Assembly (NCBI GenBank): GCA_900545815.1
Contig: URAM01000003.1
Coordinates: forward strand, 64,082-128,081
Reading direction: 5' to 3'
From: an uncultured Eubacteriales bacterium
Lineage (GTDB): Bacteria > Bacillota > Clostridia > Oscillospirales > Oscillospiraceae
Length of the DNA stretch: 64,000 bases
Part shown: piece after piece, positions 35,762 to 44,835 of the stretch
Layout of the letters: each line of letters opens with the position of its first letter
Position numbering within the stretch: the stretch's first letter is position 1
Position numbers and translations under genes: made by a program
Notes under the pieces: model-generated
The model's database searches: none
Seen by the model: only the letters and a program-made list of their open reading frames with translations
Told to the model about the DNA's origin: nothing

Positions 35762-36956
35762 CTTTTGCTCCTTCGGACGTCTCTAGGCGTCCTTTCTCTC
35801 TTTTTTCTTTCTCACTCCCCATCTGGGAAGCATATTTCAGCACAATTTCCCGCTCCTGGAAGGGAATGACCCCGTATTGGGTACACATAGTTTGTTTATC
35901 CCCTCGACCGCTGAGGATCACCAAATCTCCCGGCTGCGCCAGATCCAGCGCCTGGAGGATAGCCGCCTTGCGGTCGGGCTGGAAGTGCGCGTGCTTGGAC
36001 ATTCCCGCCCGAATCTGGGCGCAGATGTCCTTCACCGGCTCGGTGCGGGGGTCGTCTGCGGTCAAGATGACCACGTCCGCCCGAGACGCCGCCTCGCCCA
36101 GCTGGGGACGGCGGCTGCGATCTCGGTCGCCGGGAGCGCCTAAGACCAGAATCTTCCGCTTCTCCCCCAGCCCATTGGCCGCCAGCAGCAGGTTATCCAC
36201 CTGCTCCGGCGTGGCGGCGCTGTCGATGAGCACCCCCACGTCATTGGGCAGGCGCAGCAGCTCCATCCGGCCGGCGACGCCAACCGTGTGGGGCAAAATG
36301 TCCGCCATAGTGTGCAAGGTAAGCCCTGCGCTCAAGCCGCAGGCCAACGCCGCCAAGGCGTTGTACAGGCCGAACCCGCCGGGGATGGGCAGGCGCATCC
36401 GACAGATGTCCTGATCGGTGAGGGCTTCAAATTCGATCCGATCGGCGCACAGGCGCAGGTTCCTGGCGTTCAAATCCGCCTCCCCACGCCGCTCGGCATA
36501 GGTCATCCGGACGCCGCCGCAGGTCTTGACCGCCTGGCGCAGGACGGGGTCATCTATGTTGCAGATACAGCGGTCGCCCCAGCGAATCAAGGATCGGTGC
36601 AGCTCTTTTTCCCGCATCCGTCCCACGCCGCCGGTAAAGACCACGCATTGGAGTTCCAGACCGTCCATCATGGCGCTGTTCAGCGCCTCTGGCAGCAGGG
36701 TCAGAATGACCCCATCACAATGACTCTCCGTCATTTCCGCCAAAGTCTCCTTCAGCTGTTCCCGCCAGTGGAGCCAGGACAGGGGCGGCCGAATCTGTCC
36801 GTTCAGATAGACGTGTCGGGTGGTGATCAACCCGTATTGTCTCCCTAACCCTGCTTCCAGCACGCTGCGCATCAAATGCGCCGCACAGGTTTTGCCTGCG
36901 CCGCCGGTCACCACGGTCAATGGGATGGGTTTACCGTTGGAGCGCGCCACGGTCAT
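35745..36956 (-). CDS. Mur-ligase-family protein lacking the N-terminal UDP-binding domain (MurE/MurF position in dcw cluster)
   Basis: Begins directly at the P-loop (VTGGAGKTCAAH). Central and C-terminal Mur-ligase domains are present (DSAATPEQ...ILVLGAPGDRD). Its ORF overlaps the 3' end of the PBP gene, so there is no room for an N-terminal domain. Confidence 0.65.
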   Translation of the reverse strand: MTVARSNGKPIPLTVVTGGAGKTCAAHLMRSVLEAGLGRQYGLITTRHVYLNGQIRPPLSWLHWREQLKETLAEMTESHCDGVILTLLPEALNSAMMDGLELQCVVFTGGVGRMREKELHRSLIRWGDRCICNIDDPVLRQAVKTCGGVRMTYAERRGEADLNARNLRLCADRIEFEALTDQDICRMRLPIPGGFGLYNALAALACGLSAGLTLHTMADILPHTVGVAGRMELLRLPNDVGVLIDSAATPEQVDNLLLAANGLGEKRKILVLGAPGDRDRSRRPQLGEAASRADVVILTADDPRTEPVKDICAQIRAGMSKHAHFQPDRKAAILQALDLAQPGDLVILSGRGDKQTMCTQYGVIPFQEREIVLKYASQMGSEKEKREKGRLETSEGAKDEVFD

Positions 36957-39315
36957 TATCAGCCTCCGTTTTGTTGGTAAAGGATACGGTCACCACAGTG
37001 CCCCGCGCCACTTTCTTGCCCCGTTTCACACTCTGCTTGTAGGCCACGGTGCTGCTGGTATAGTTGCCAGACGTGCCGGTGGCCATCATATAGAGATTCA
37101 GGTTGTTCAAAGCAGCCTTGGCCTGGTCTGGGGTCATACCCGTCAGGTCGGGCATGGTGATGCTGTCTTTGGGGGGTGTCTCGCCCAGGTAGAGGATGAC
37201 CTTGCTGCCGCTGGGGATGGTGGTTCCCGCCGCGGGGATCTGAGCGGTGACGGTGTCGCCGCCGCCCACGGTGCGATAGGTCAGATCCTTGTTGTTCAAT
37301 GCCTCCTGAGCCTGCTTGGAGCTATAGCCGGTCAACGATGGGACGCTGACGCTGGCGCCAGTCAGGTCGTTGGCGGTGTACTCCTTCTCGAAGCCCAGGT
37401 AATCCAGCACGTCAGCGATCAATTCGCCGGCGATGGGCGCAGCCAAGCTGCCGCCGGAGATATAGTAGCCGGTGGTGGTGTAGTCGCTGCCCTTGTTCTT
37501 CACCTTGGGCGCCTGGAAGCCCACCAGGGCGATGACTTGGGGATCATTGGCCGGAGCGAAACCGATGAAGGAGGTGATGTACTCATCCTTCACCAATGTC
37601 TCCGAGGTGCCGGTCTTGCCGCCAATGCGGTAACCGGCCTGATAGGCGTTGGAGCCGCCGTACTTACTGACGACCCCCTCTAAGATCTCGGCACAGGTGG
37701 CAGAGGTTTTCTCGCTGATCACCTGCCGCACTGGGGTATTGTCCGCCTCATACACGGTGTTTCCCTCCTTGTTGGTGATGGACTGCACCACATGAGGGGT
37801 ATATAGGTATCCACCGTTGACAACGGCGTTGACAGCGGTGATGAGCTGCACCGGAGTGACGGTAAAGCGCTGGCCAAACGAAGCGGTGGCCAGGTTGACG
37901 GTGTTGAAGTTCCCTTCGTCCCAGATCACGCTGTTCCCCTCCCCCGGCAGGTCGATGCCGGTGCTGTCGGTGAAGCCGAAGGCATTCAGGTAGGAGTAGA
38001 ACTTCTCCGTGCCCAGGGACTGGCCGATCTTGATGAAGGCTGGGTTACAGGAGTGTCCCACCGCCTCCGCCAAGGTCTGCTGGCCGTGGCCGGCACGGTT
38101 GGAGCATTTGATGGTCCACTTGCCCATCTTCACTGAGCCGCTGCAATAAAAGGTGTCCTTCGTACTGATCGTCCCCGCCTCCAGGGCGGAGGCCAGCACG
38201 ACCGATTTGAAGGTGGAACCAGGTTCGTAGGTGTCGTTGAGGGCTTTGTTCCGCCACATCTCGTTGAGGGCTTCGCTCTCCTTCAGTTCGCCCCCCTTAA
38301 CCTTGTTCAGAAGGGTCTTGTCAATGATGGTGCTGTAGTCGTTCAGGTCATAGTCCGGAGAGCTGGCCATGCCCAAGATGCCGCCGGTCTTGCAGTCCAT
38401 GACGATGATAAATCCGCCCTTTCGGACGTCATAGGACTGGATGCCCTCCTTTAAATACTTCTCACAGTAAGATTGAATGGTGGCATCCAGGGTCAGTTTC
38501 ACGCTGTCCCCGTTCTTGGCGTCATAGTAATCCTGGAAGAAGTTCATCAGGTCGGTGCCGCGGGCGTTGGTGGCGGTGACCACCAGGCCATTGGTGCCGG
38601 CCAGCTCTGTATTATACTGGGCTTCCACCCCGTAAGCGCCCCCGTTGTCATTGGTAAAGCCAATGACCTGGGCAGCCAGGTTGGAGTAGGGATAGTAACG
38701 CTTGGTATTGGGCGTCAGGTAGACACAGCGAGCCAGCTCATGCTTAGAGATGAACTTACGCACGGCGGCTTCCGTCTCTGTGTCGATCTTGGTGGCGATC
38801 TTTTTGTACTGGCTCTTTTTGTCCGTACACTTCTTCGCCACATCCTCCTCCGTGACCCCATCCAACAGGTTTGCCAGGTTTTTGGCAATCAATTCCTGCA
38901 CGTTCACATCATACTCCTTGGTGCTCTTGCCCGCCTTTTTGGCCGATGCCAGCGCCTCGTCCAGCTCCTCCTGCTTTTCCACGATGGCTTTGGGGGAGAG
39001 AATGACATCATAGACGGTGGAGCTGATGGCCAACACATTGCCCTGGCTGTCGTAGATAGTGCCACGCTGGGCGTTGATGGACAGCTCACTGGTCTGCTGC
39101 TCGATGGCCTCCTGCTCTAAGGTGTCGTGCTGGATGACCTGTAGATCCCACAGCTTCCAGCCGATGGGCAAGAATACGACAACGCCGAACATGACCAACA
39201 GAACGAGGATCCGCTTGAGTATTTTGTAATTTCTATCTTTCCCATGCTTTCTTCTCTTTTCGCCGTTACTCATTTTCTCACCTGCTTTCATGGCACAAGG
39301 GCGTAAGAAATCCAC
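36931..39315 (-). CDS. Class B penicillin-binding protein (FtsI/SpoVD-type transpeptidase with two C-terminal PASTA domains)
   Basis: N-terminal TM anchor, dimerisation and transpeptidase domains (STFK, SSN, KTGT motifs), two PASTA repeats at the C-terminus. Alternative start at ATG 39273 (MSNGEK..., AGGTGAG SD). Confidence 0.85.
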   Translation of the reverse strand: MDFLRPCAMKAGEKMSNGEKRRKHGKDRNYKILKRILVLLVMFGVVVFLPIGWKLWDLQVIQHDTLEQEAIEQQTSELSINAQRGTIYDSQGNVLAISSTVYDVILSPKAIVEKQEELDEALASAKKAGKSTKEYDVNVQELIAKNLANLLDGVTEEDVAKKCTDKKSQYKKIATKIDTETEAAVRKFISKHELARCVYLTPNTKRYYPYSNLAAQVIGFTNDNGGAYGVEAQYNTELAGTNGLVVTATNARGTDLMNFFQDYYDAKNGDSVKLTLDATIQSYCEKYLKEGIQSYDVRKGGFIIVMDCKTGGILGMASSPDYDLNDYSTIIDKTLLNKVKGGELKESEALNEMWRNKALNDTYEPGSTFKSVVLASALEAGTISTKDTFYCSGSVKMGKWTIKCSNRAGHGQQTLAEAVGHSCNPAFIKIGQSLGTEKFYSYLNAFGFTDSTGIDLPGEGNSVIWDEGNFNTVNLATASFGQRFTVTPVQLITAVNAVVNGGYLYTPHVVQSITNKEGNTVYEADNTPVRQVISEKTSATCAEILEGVVSKYGGSNAYQAGYRIGGKTGTSETLVKDEYITSFIGFAPANDPQVIALVGFQAPKVKNKGSDYTTTGYYISGGSLAAPIAGELIADVLDYLGFEKEYTANDLTGASVSVPSLTGYSSKQAQEALNNKDLTYRTVGGGDTVTAQIPAAGTTIPSGSKVILYLGETPPKDSITMPDLTGMTPDQAKAALNNLNLYMMATGTSGNYTSSTVAYKQSVKRGKKVARGTVVTVSFTNKTEADNDRGALQR

Positions 39316-39383
39316 TGGTTTTCCTTACGCCCTGTTTCTCTCTTATGGCACTGCTACAAAACCGTATGCCCATGGACATTTGA

Positions 39384-39950
39384 TTATGATTTCCCCAAAT
39401 CAAAAAAGTCCCGCACACTCTGGAAGAACGCCGCGATGCCGCCGCTCTTTTCTTCCTGTTCGTAGACAACGATATTATCCGGGTCGGACAGCTCCACATA
39501 GACGATCTGATCACTGGTGACCGGCTTCAGGTTCCCAGCCTTTTTGACCGCCTTGCTGAGCACGTCTTGATTGAACACTTCTTCATATTCCGCTTTCAGG
39601 GTATTTTCCTCCGTCTGAAGGGTGGTGAGCTGATTTTGAAGGGCAACGGTACTTGCATACACGTTGTTGAGTTTGACATAGCTGAACAGCACCAGCACGG
39701 CCATCACAGCAGCCAAGGCAAAGCCCACCACCGCCGTGGGAGTGACCGCCTCTCTGGGGCGGAGCTTCACCTTGGGACGGGTCATCACGCGGCGGCGCTG
39801 ACGGGTTCCGGTTCGGGTATGCTTTCGGGGCTGGGGCTGTCTGGAGGGCTCGCCGCCATCGGGGACAGGAACCACATTGCGCTGATAGTTCAAGTCATAG
39901 GCCACGTTGCCATAGGTTGTTTGCTGATACCGTTTTTTCTCATTGGCCAT
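39384..39950 (-). CDS. ftsL: FtsL-like septum-formation initiator protein
   Basis: Basic N-terminus, single TM helix, then a coiled coil (LQNQLTTLQTEENTLKAEYEE). AAAAGGAG SD. dcw position between rsmH and PBP. Confidence 0.7.
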   Translation of the reverse strand: MANEKKRYQQTTYGNVAYDLNYQRNVVPVPDGGEPSRQPQPRKHTRTGTRQRRRVMTRPKVKLRPREAVTPTAVVGFALAAVMAVLVLFSYVKLNNVYASTVALQNQLTTLQTEENTLKAEYEEVFNQDVLSKAVKKAGNLKPVTSDQIVYVELSDPDNIVVYEQEEKSGGIAAFFQSVRDFFDLGKS

Positions 39951-39980
39951 AATGACTCGCTCCTTTTCAAAATTCTCAGG

Positions 39981-40925
39981 CTAGTTTGGTACCTTTTCCG
40001 CCACACGCAGCTTGGCGCTGCGGGCGCGGGGATTGCGTTCCAGCTCCTCCTGACTGGGCAGGATGGGCTTCCTGGGTTTCAGGATAATCTGCGGCTTCTT
40101 GCCGCAGATGCACACGGGGAACTCCGGCGGGCAGGTGCAGCCCTTGGCCGCCTTGGCCAGCTGCTGCTTAACGATGCGATCCTCCAGGGAGTGGAAGGAG
40201 ATGACACACAGCCGTCCGCCCGGCTTGAGCAGGGGGATGGCGCCGGCCACCACATCGGACACGGCGGCAAGCTCGTCATTGACGGCAATGCGGATGCCCT
40301 GGAAGGTGCGCTTTGCCGGATGCTGCTTTTCCCGCAGGGCAGCGGCCGGCATGGCGCTGCGGATCACGTCCACCAGCTGACCGGTAGTCTCAATGGGCGT
40401 CTCCTGGCGTCTGCGGACAATTGCGCCGGCGATAGAGCCGGCGTAGCGTTCTTCTCCGTATTTGCGCAGCACGTCTTTGAGCTGACCCTCCGACCATGTA
40501 TTGACCACCACTGCCGCCGTCAGCGGCTGGGTCTGATCCATGCGCATATCCAAGGGGGCATCGTGCTGATAGGAAAACCCCCGTTTCGGGTCATCCAGTT
40601 GGGGGGAGGACACGCCCAAGTCCAACAGGATCCCGTCCACCTCAGAGAGATCCAGCCCCTGGAGCAGCTCCGGCATATCCCGAAAGTTGCCATGCACCAG
40701 GGTCACCCGTTCCATCCAGGGCGCCAGCCGCTCTTGGGCGGCGTCCAGCGCCGCCTGATCTCGGTCGATGGCGATGAGCCGTCCGGTGGTCAGGCGTTTA
40801 GCGATCGCTCGGCTGTGGCCGGCGCGGCCTAAGGTGCCGTCTACATAGACGCCATCCGGCCGGATGTGTAAGCCCTGGATACATTCCTCCAACAGGACTG
40901 GGCAATGGGTCAATTCACTCATCAT
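39981..40925 (-). CDS. rsmH: 16S rRNA (cytosine1402-N4)-methyltransferase RsmH (MraW)
   Basis: Start ATG overlaps the mraZ stop (ATGA). HCPVLLEE...DGTLGRAGHS...SFHSLEDRIVK motifs. Confidence 0.9.
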   Translation of the reverse strand: MMSELTHCPVLLEECIQGLHIRPDGVYVDGTLGRAGHSRAIAKRLTTGRLIAIDRDQAALDAAQERLAPWMERVTLVHGNFRDMPELLQGLDLSEVDGILLDLGVSSPQLDDPKRGFSYQHDAPLDMRMDQTQPLTAAVVVNTWSEGQLKDVLRKYGEERYAGSIAGAIVRRRQETPIETTGQLVDVIRSAMPAAALREKQHPAKRTFQGIRIAVNDELAAVSDVVAGAIPLLKPGGRLCVISFHSLEDRIVKQQLAKAAKGCTCPPEFPVCICGKKPQIILKPRKPILPSQEELERNPRARSAKLRVAEKVPN

Positions 40926-41365
40926 CAGAACCCCAACAAATCCATCATATCGGCCACGCGATCGCCGCTGAGGGCGGCTTCGTCCTTGGCCTTCCACACT
41001 TCTGCGTTCCAAATCTTCGCTTTTTTGTTGTTGCCCACAATGGCAACCTCCTTCTCCAAGCCAGCGTAATCCCGGAGCTTCTTGGGGATCATAAAGCGAT
41101 TCTGGCTGTCCGGCTCACACTTGGCCGCATTGGCGAAAAAGGTGTCCGAGATGGCAGCCTTACTGCTGGGCAGAGCGGCCAGCTTCTCACAGAGCCTGTC
41201 CCATTCGGGCATGGGATAGACGTTGAGGTACTGATACAAGGTTCCATCCGGTTCTCGGTTGGCACCTACGGCCACATAGAAGCAGGTGCCCAATTCCTCC
41301 CGAAAGTTGGCGGGGACAAAGAGACGACCTTTGCCATCCAGATTATGCAGATAGGTACCGGTCAT
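40925..41365 (-). CDS. mraZ: Transcriptional regulator MraZ
   Basis: 146 aa with duplicated MraZ/SpoVT-AbrB halves (GKGRLFVPANFREEL; NRFMIPKKLRDYAGL). Confidence 0.9.
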   Translation of the reverse strand: MTGTYLHNLDGKGRLFVPANFREELGTCFYVAVGANREPDGTLYQYLNVYPMPEWDRLCEKLAALPSSKAAISDTFFANAAKCEPDSQNRFMIPKKLRDYAGLEKEVAIVGNNKKAKIWNAEVWKAKDEAALSGDRVADMMDLLGF

Positions 41366-41397
41366 CTACTCACTCCCTCCACCAACGAGGCTGTGCG

Positions 41398-41423
41398 CTC
41401 CCATTTGCTCCACTTTGCTCCAC
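41398..41423 (-). promoter_or_regulatory. MraZ operator: three direct repeats (GTGGAGCAAA, GTGGAGCAAA, TGGGAGCGCA on the mraZ strand) spaced 10 bp
   Basis: Plus-strand CTCCCA / CTCCAC / CTCCAC hexamers at 41398, 41408 and 41418, 30-60 nt upstream of the mraZ start and immediately downstream of the putative promoter. Confidence 0.6.
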
Positions 41424-41434
41424 AGTATAGGTCT

Positions 41435-41463
41435 AGTATACGTCTTTTCCTGGAAAAAGGCAA
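41435..41463 (-). promoter_or_regulatory. Putative sigma-A promoter of the dcw cluster (-35 TTGCCT, 17-nt spacer, -10 TATACT on the minus strand)
   Basis: Hexamers read on the mraZ strand. Correct spacing. Sits just upstream of the MraZ boxes. Confidence 0.45.
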
Positions 41464-41714
41464 GTAGTATTCCACCGCTTTTTGCTCTTTTTATCTCGGT
41501 TTTTCCTGAGAATTTAGGGCGCTTTCGTAACAAAACATTTGTTCCATCCTTTCCAGCGCTTCCAGTCCCGCCCCATCCCTTCTACCCTTTCCCAGCCCCA
41601 CAAGAATCCGCCTTTTCGTTCCAAAATCCCCCTTTCCCTTGCACTTTGTGAAAATTTATGCTAGGATACGGGTGCAATCTTACTACTTCGAATCCAATCG
41701 AGGCGATCTACAAT

Positions 41715-41993
41715 ATGAACCCAAAGGGGAAAAACTGTTCCATTGCCGCCCTCATCCTAGGCATTGTATCCATCGTCCTATGCTTTCCATATGTCCTCAG
41801 CGCTCTGGCCATGGCCTGCGGCATCGTGGGGATCATCTGCGCCACCAACGGCCAGAAATACTGCCTGGAAGCAGGCCAGCCCACCGGCCTGGCCACTGCC
41901 GGTCTGGTGCTGTCCATCATTGGCCTGACCCTCTCTGCCATCTCCTTCTTCACCTGTACCCTCTGCGTCACCTGCGTGGGGTTCGTGCTGTGA
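41715..41993 (+). CDS. Small membrane protein (DUF4190-like, two hydrophobic hairpins)
   Basis: MNPKGKNCSIAALILGIVSIVLCF... Stop is 1 nt before the lgt ATG (coupled). Confidence 0.5.
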   Translation: MNPKGKNCSIAALILGIVSIVLCFPYVLSALAMACGIVGIICATNGQKYCLEAGQPTGLATAGLVLSIIGLTLSAISFFTCTLCVTCVGFVL

Positions 41994-41994
41994 T

Positions 41995-42750
41995 ATGGCA
42001 CCGTTTTTCACCCTCTTTGGACGCACCGTCGGCAGTTACGGCCTCTGCTCCGTTTTCGGACTGCTGGTCAGCAGCTTTGTCGCCATCCGGCTGGGACGGC
42101 GGCAGGGCTTTCCCATCTACCCCGTCATCCAGGCGGCTGTCGCCGCCCTAGTGGGGCTGTTGGCAGGCGGACATTTGCTCTACGGCCTGCTCCACCTGCC
42201 AAGGCTGCTGGCACAGCCTGCCCCGATCATGTTTCTGCGTTGTTTCAGCGGCTCTGTCTACTACGGCGGCTTTTTGGGCGCCTGGTTCTGTGTCCACTGG
42301 TACGCCCATCGCTTTGCGCCCAACCAATGCGAACCGCTCACCGATCTATTTGCCTGCTCTGTCCCCCTATTCCACGCCTTTGGCCGGATCGGATGTTTTC
42401 TGGGTGGCTGCTGCTATGGCATCCCCTGCCGATGGGGCTTTACCGCTGAGGGAAATCCGCTGGTGCCGGAGGTGAACGGCGTCTGTCGGTTCCCAGTGCA
42501 GCTGTTGGAGGCTGGGTGCGAGCTAGGGCTGCTTCTTCTGCTGCTGCGGCTCTTTCGCAAGGGGAAGTACTCCGGACGGCTGGTGGCCTGCTACCTGCTG
42601 GGCTATGCGCCTCTGCGGTTTGGGCTGGAGTTTTTGCGCGGGGACGCCGCGCGTGGGGTGGTTTTCCGCCTGTCCGCCAGTCAATGGCTCAGTGTCCTGT
42701 TGTTTTGCACAGCCCTGTGGATATTTCGCCGCGCTCCACAAAACGAATAA
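41995..42750 (+). CDS. lgt: Prolipoprotein diacylglyceryl transferase Lgt
   Basis: Lgt signature GRIGCFLGGCCYG and the N-terminal Y-G-L motif region. Confidence 0.85.
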   Translation: MAPFFTLFGRTVGSYGLCSVFGLLVSSFVAIRLGRRQGFPIYPVIQAAVAALVGLLAGGHLLYGLLHLPRLLAQPAPIMFLRCFSGSVYYGGFLGAWFCVHWYAHRFAPNQCEPLTDLFACSVPLFHAFGRIGCFLGGCCYGIPCRWGFTAEGNPLVPEVNGVCRFPVQLLEAGCELGLLLLLLRLFRKGKYSGRLVACYLLGYAPLRFGLEFLRGDAARGVVFRLSASQWLSVLLFCTALWIFRRAPQNE

Positions 42751-42797
42751 AAAAACTGTCTCGGTGGGGATGTGACCCCACCGAGGCAGTTTTTTCG

Positions 42798-43028
42798 TTA
42801 TTCGACCGCCGGTTCCCCCGGCTTTTTGTAGATCTTGTCCAGCTTCTCGTCGATCTCCCGCTGGCAGAAGGCATCCCATTCCGCCTCCGGCACCTCTTCA
42901 TAGGCTACCGAGACATATTCCGTGTCCATTTTGAACAGGTCGGCCACGTCCAAGGCGATGCGGTTGGCCAAGGCGCGTTTTTCCTCGTCGCTCCGTCCCG
43001 GCCACACGTTGACTACGATATGGGGCAT
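42798..43028 (-). CDS. Tautomerase-superfamily protein (4-oxalocrotonate-tautomerase-like, catalytic Pro1)
   Basis: MPHIVVNVWPGRSDEEKRALANRIALDVADLF: beta-alpha-beta fold with Pro immediately after the initiator Met (second ATG of the ORF). Confidence 0.65.
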   Translation of the reverse strand: MPHIVVNVWPGRSDEEKRALANRIALDVADLFKMDTEYVSVAYEEVPEAEWDAFCQREIDEKLDKIYKKPGEPAVE

Positions 43029-43072
43029 CTCCATCCCTCCTTCTGGTTTTTCTCATTATACCATGCCGAAGG

Positions 43073-43972
43073 TCAGGGTTCCACCGTTTCCTCCAACTTC
43101 TTTGCCATCCGGTGATGCTGTACCAGGTTGTCCCCCACAAAGAGGAGCACTGCCACCCAGACAAATGCGAAAACGATCTGATTGGTGCGGGTAAATTCCT
43201 CGCCGTACAGGAAAACCCCCAGCAAGAGCACCATGGTGGGGTTGATATACATTAAAATGCCGGAGAGGGTGATGGAAGTCCCTTTGATGCCCTGGGCAAA
43301 GAGCATCAGGGGCACCGATGTGACCACACCGGTCAGGGGCAGCAGGACAAACTGCCAGCCGTGCAAAAGACCCATGGCGCCGCTGCCATGCAGCTCTGCA
43401 AAGATCAGAAAAGCCAAGGCAAAGGGCGCCATAAAGAGCGTTTCCAGAAAGATCGAAGTCTCTCCATCTGCGTTCACCTTCTTTTTCAGCGCTCCATAAA
43501 CGGCAAAGGAACCGCCAATGGTCAGCGCCAGCCAGGGCACACTGCCGTACATGACCACGGCAATGAGCACTCCCACAGCGGCGATGGTGATGGCCAGCCA
43601 CTGGACAAGCCCGTGCTTTTCCCGAAAAAAGAGTGCGCCAATGAGCACGGAGATGATGGGACTCATGTAGTAGGCCAAACTGCTCTCCAGCACCTTGCCG
43701 ATAGCGATGGAGAAGATGTACAGCCCCCAGTTGATGCTGATGAGGATAGCACAGAGGAAGATGAGCCCTACCTCCCCCTTGTCCGCCAGGGCAATTTTCA
43801 CTCTGTTCCACCGCCGGCGGAGCAGGAGCAGCGAGCCGCAGAAGATGGCCGACCAGATGATACGGGAGGCCAGGACATAGGCGGAATTGACCATGCTCAG
43901 TTGCTTCCAAAAAAGGGGCAGCAAACCCCAGATAAGGTAGCTTGCAAACACCAGACCGTTCTCTCGTTTCAT
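43073..43972 (-). CDS. rarD: RarD/EamA-family (DMT superfamily) permease
   Basis: Start MKRENGLVFASYLIWGLLPLFWK after AAGGAGAAAGAGA. The upstream part of the long ORF is Gly/Arg/His-rich with no SD. 10 TM helices. Confidence 0.75.
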   Translation of the reverse strand: MKRENGLVFASYLIWGLLPLFWKQLSMVNSAYVLASRIIWSAIFCGSLLLLRRRWNRVKIALADKGEVGLIFLCAILISINWGLYIFSIAIGKVLESSLAYYMSPIISVLIGALFFREKHGLVQWLAITIAAVGVLIAVVMYGSVPWLALTIGGSFAVYGALKKKVNADGETSIFLETLFMAPFALAFLIFAELHGSGAMGLLHGWQFVLLPLTGVVTSVPLMLFAQGIKGTSITLSGILMYINPTMVLLLGVFLYGEEFTRTNQIVFAFVWVAVLLFVGDNLVQHHRMAKKLEETVEP

Positions 43973-44097
43973 TCTCTTTCTCCTTTTTTCGTGATGGTCT
44001 TTAGGATAGCACCCTTCTCCACCAGCGTCAACCGTAGAGGAGCCGAAAAGCAGCAGCCCCGCACACAGGACTGCTGCTTTTATGCATTTGACCGATT

Positions 44098-44820
44098 TTA
44101 TCCCATTTTCAGCATTTCCCTGCGCAGACGGGAGACGATGCGCTTCTCCAAGCGGGAGATGTAGGACTGGGAGATGCCCATGCAGTCGGCCACCTCCTTC
44201 TGGGTGGCGGTCTTGCGTCCCTCCAGTCCGAAGCGCATGGAGATGATGAGGTGTTCCCGCTCGTTCAAGTGGCTCATGGCTTCCCGAAGCATCTGCCGGT
44301 CCACGTCCGCCTCGATGGGCTTCACCACCAAGTCGCTGTCCGTGCCCAGCACATCGGACAGGAGCAGCTCGTTGCCGTCCCAATCCGTGTTCAACGGCTC
44401 GTCCAAAGAGATCTCCCCCTTCTGGTTGGCGGTCTTTCGCAGGTGCATCAAAATTTCATTCTCGATACATCGGGAAGCATAGGTGGCCAGCTTGATGTTT
44501 TTGTCCACCTTAAACGTATTCACCGCCTTGATCAGCCCGATGGTACCGATGGAGATCAAGTCCTCGATGTTGATGCCCGTGTTCTCAAAGCGGCGGGCAA
44601 TGTAGACCACCAGGCGAAGGTTGTGCTCGATGAGGGTGCTTTTGGCCCCCAAGTCCCCGTTCTTCATGGCCTCCAGCACCTCCCGTTCCTTGGCACGGGG
44701 CAGGGGCTGGGGCAGGACATCGCTGCCGCCGATGTACCAGATGGGGTCTGGCTCCCGCAGACCCAGCCGGATGAGCAGTTGGTTCACTTTCATCTTCCAA
44801 AGCAGTTTATTGTACTTCAT
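44098..44820 (-). CDS. sigE: Sporulation sigma factor E (pro-sigma-E with N-terminal pro-sequence)
   Basis: Near-identical blocks to known SigE: [79 protein letters not shown]. Hydrophobic pro-peptide [21 protein letters not shown]. Confidence 0.9.
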   Translation of the reverse strand: MKYNKLLWKMKVNQLLIRLGLREPDPIWYIGGSDVLPQPLPRAKEREVLEAMKNGDLGAKSTLIEHNLRLVVYIARRFENTGINIEDLISIGTIGLIKAVNTFKVDKNIKLATYASRCIENEILMHLRKTANQKGEISLDEPLNTDWDGNELLLSDVLGTDSDLVVKPIEADVDRQMLREAMSHLNEREHLIISMRFGLEGRKTATQKEVADCMGISQSYISRLEKRIVSRLRREMLKMG

Positions 44821-44835
44821 CTTCCTCTTTCCTCC

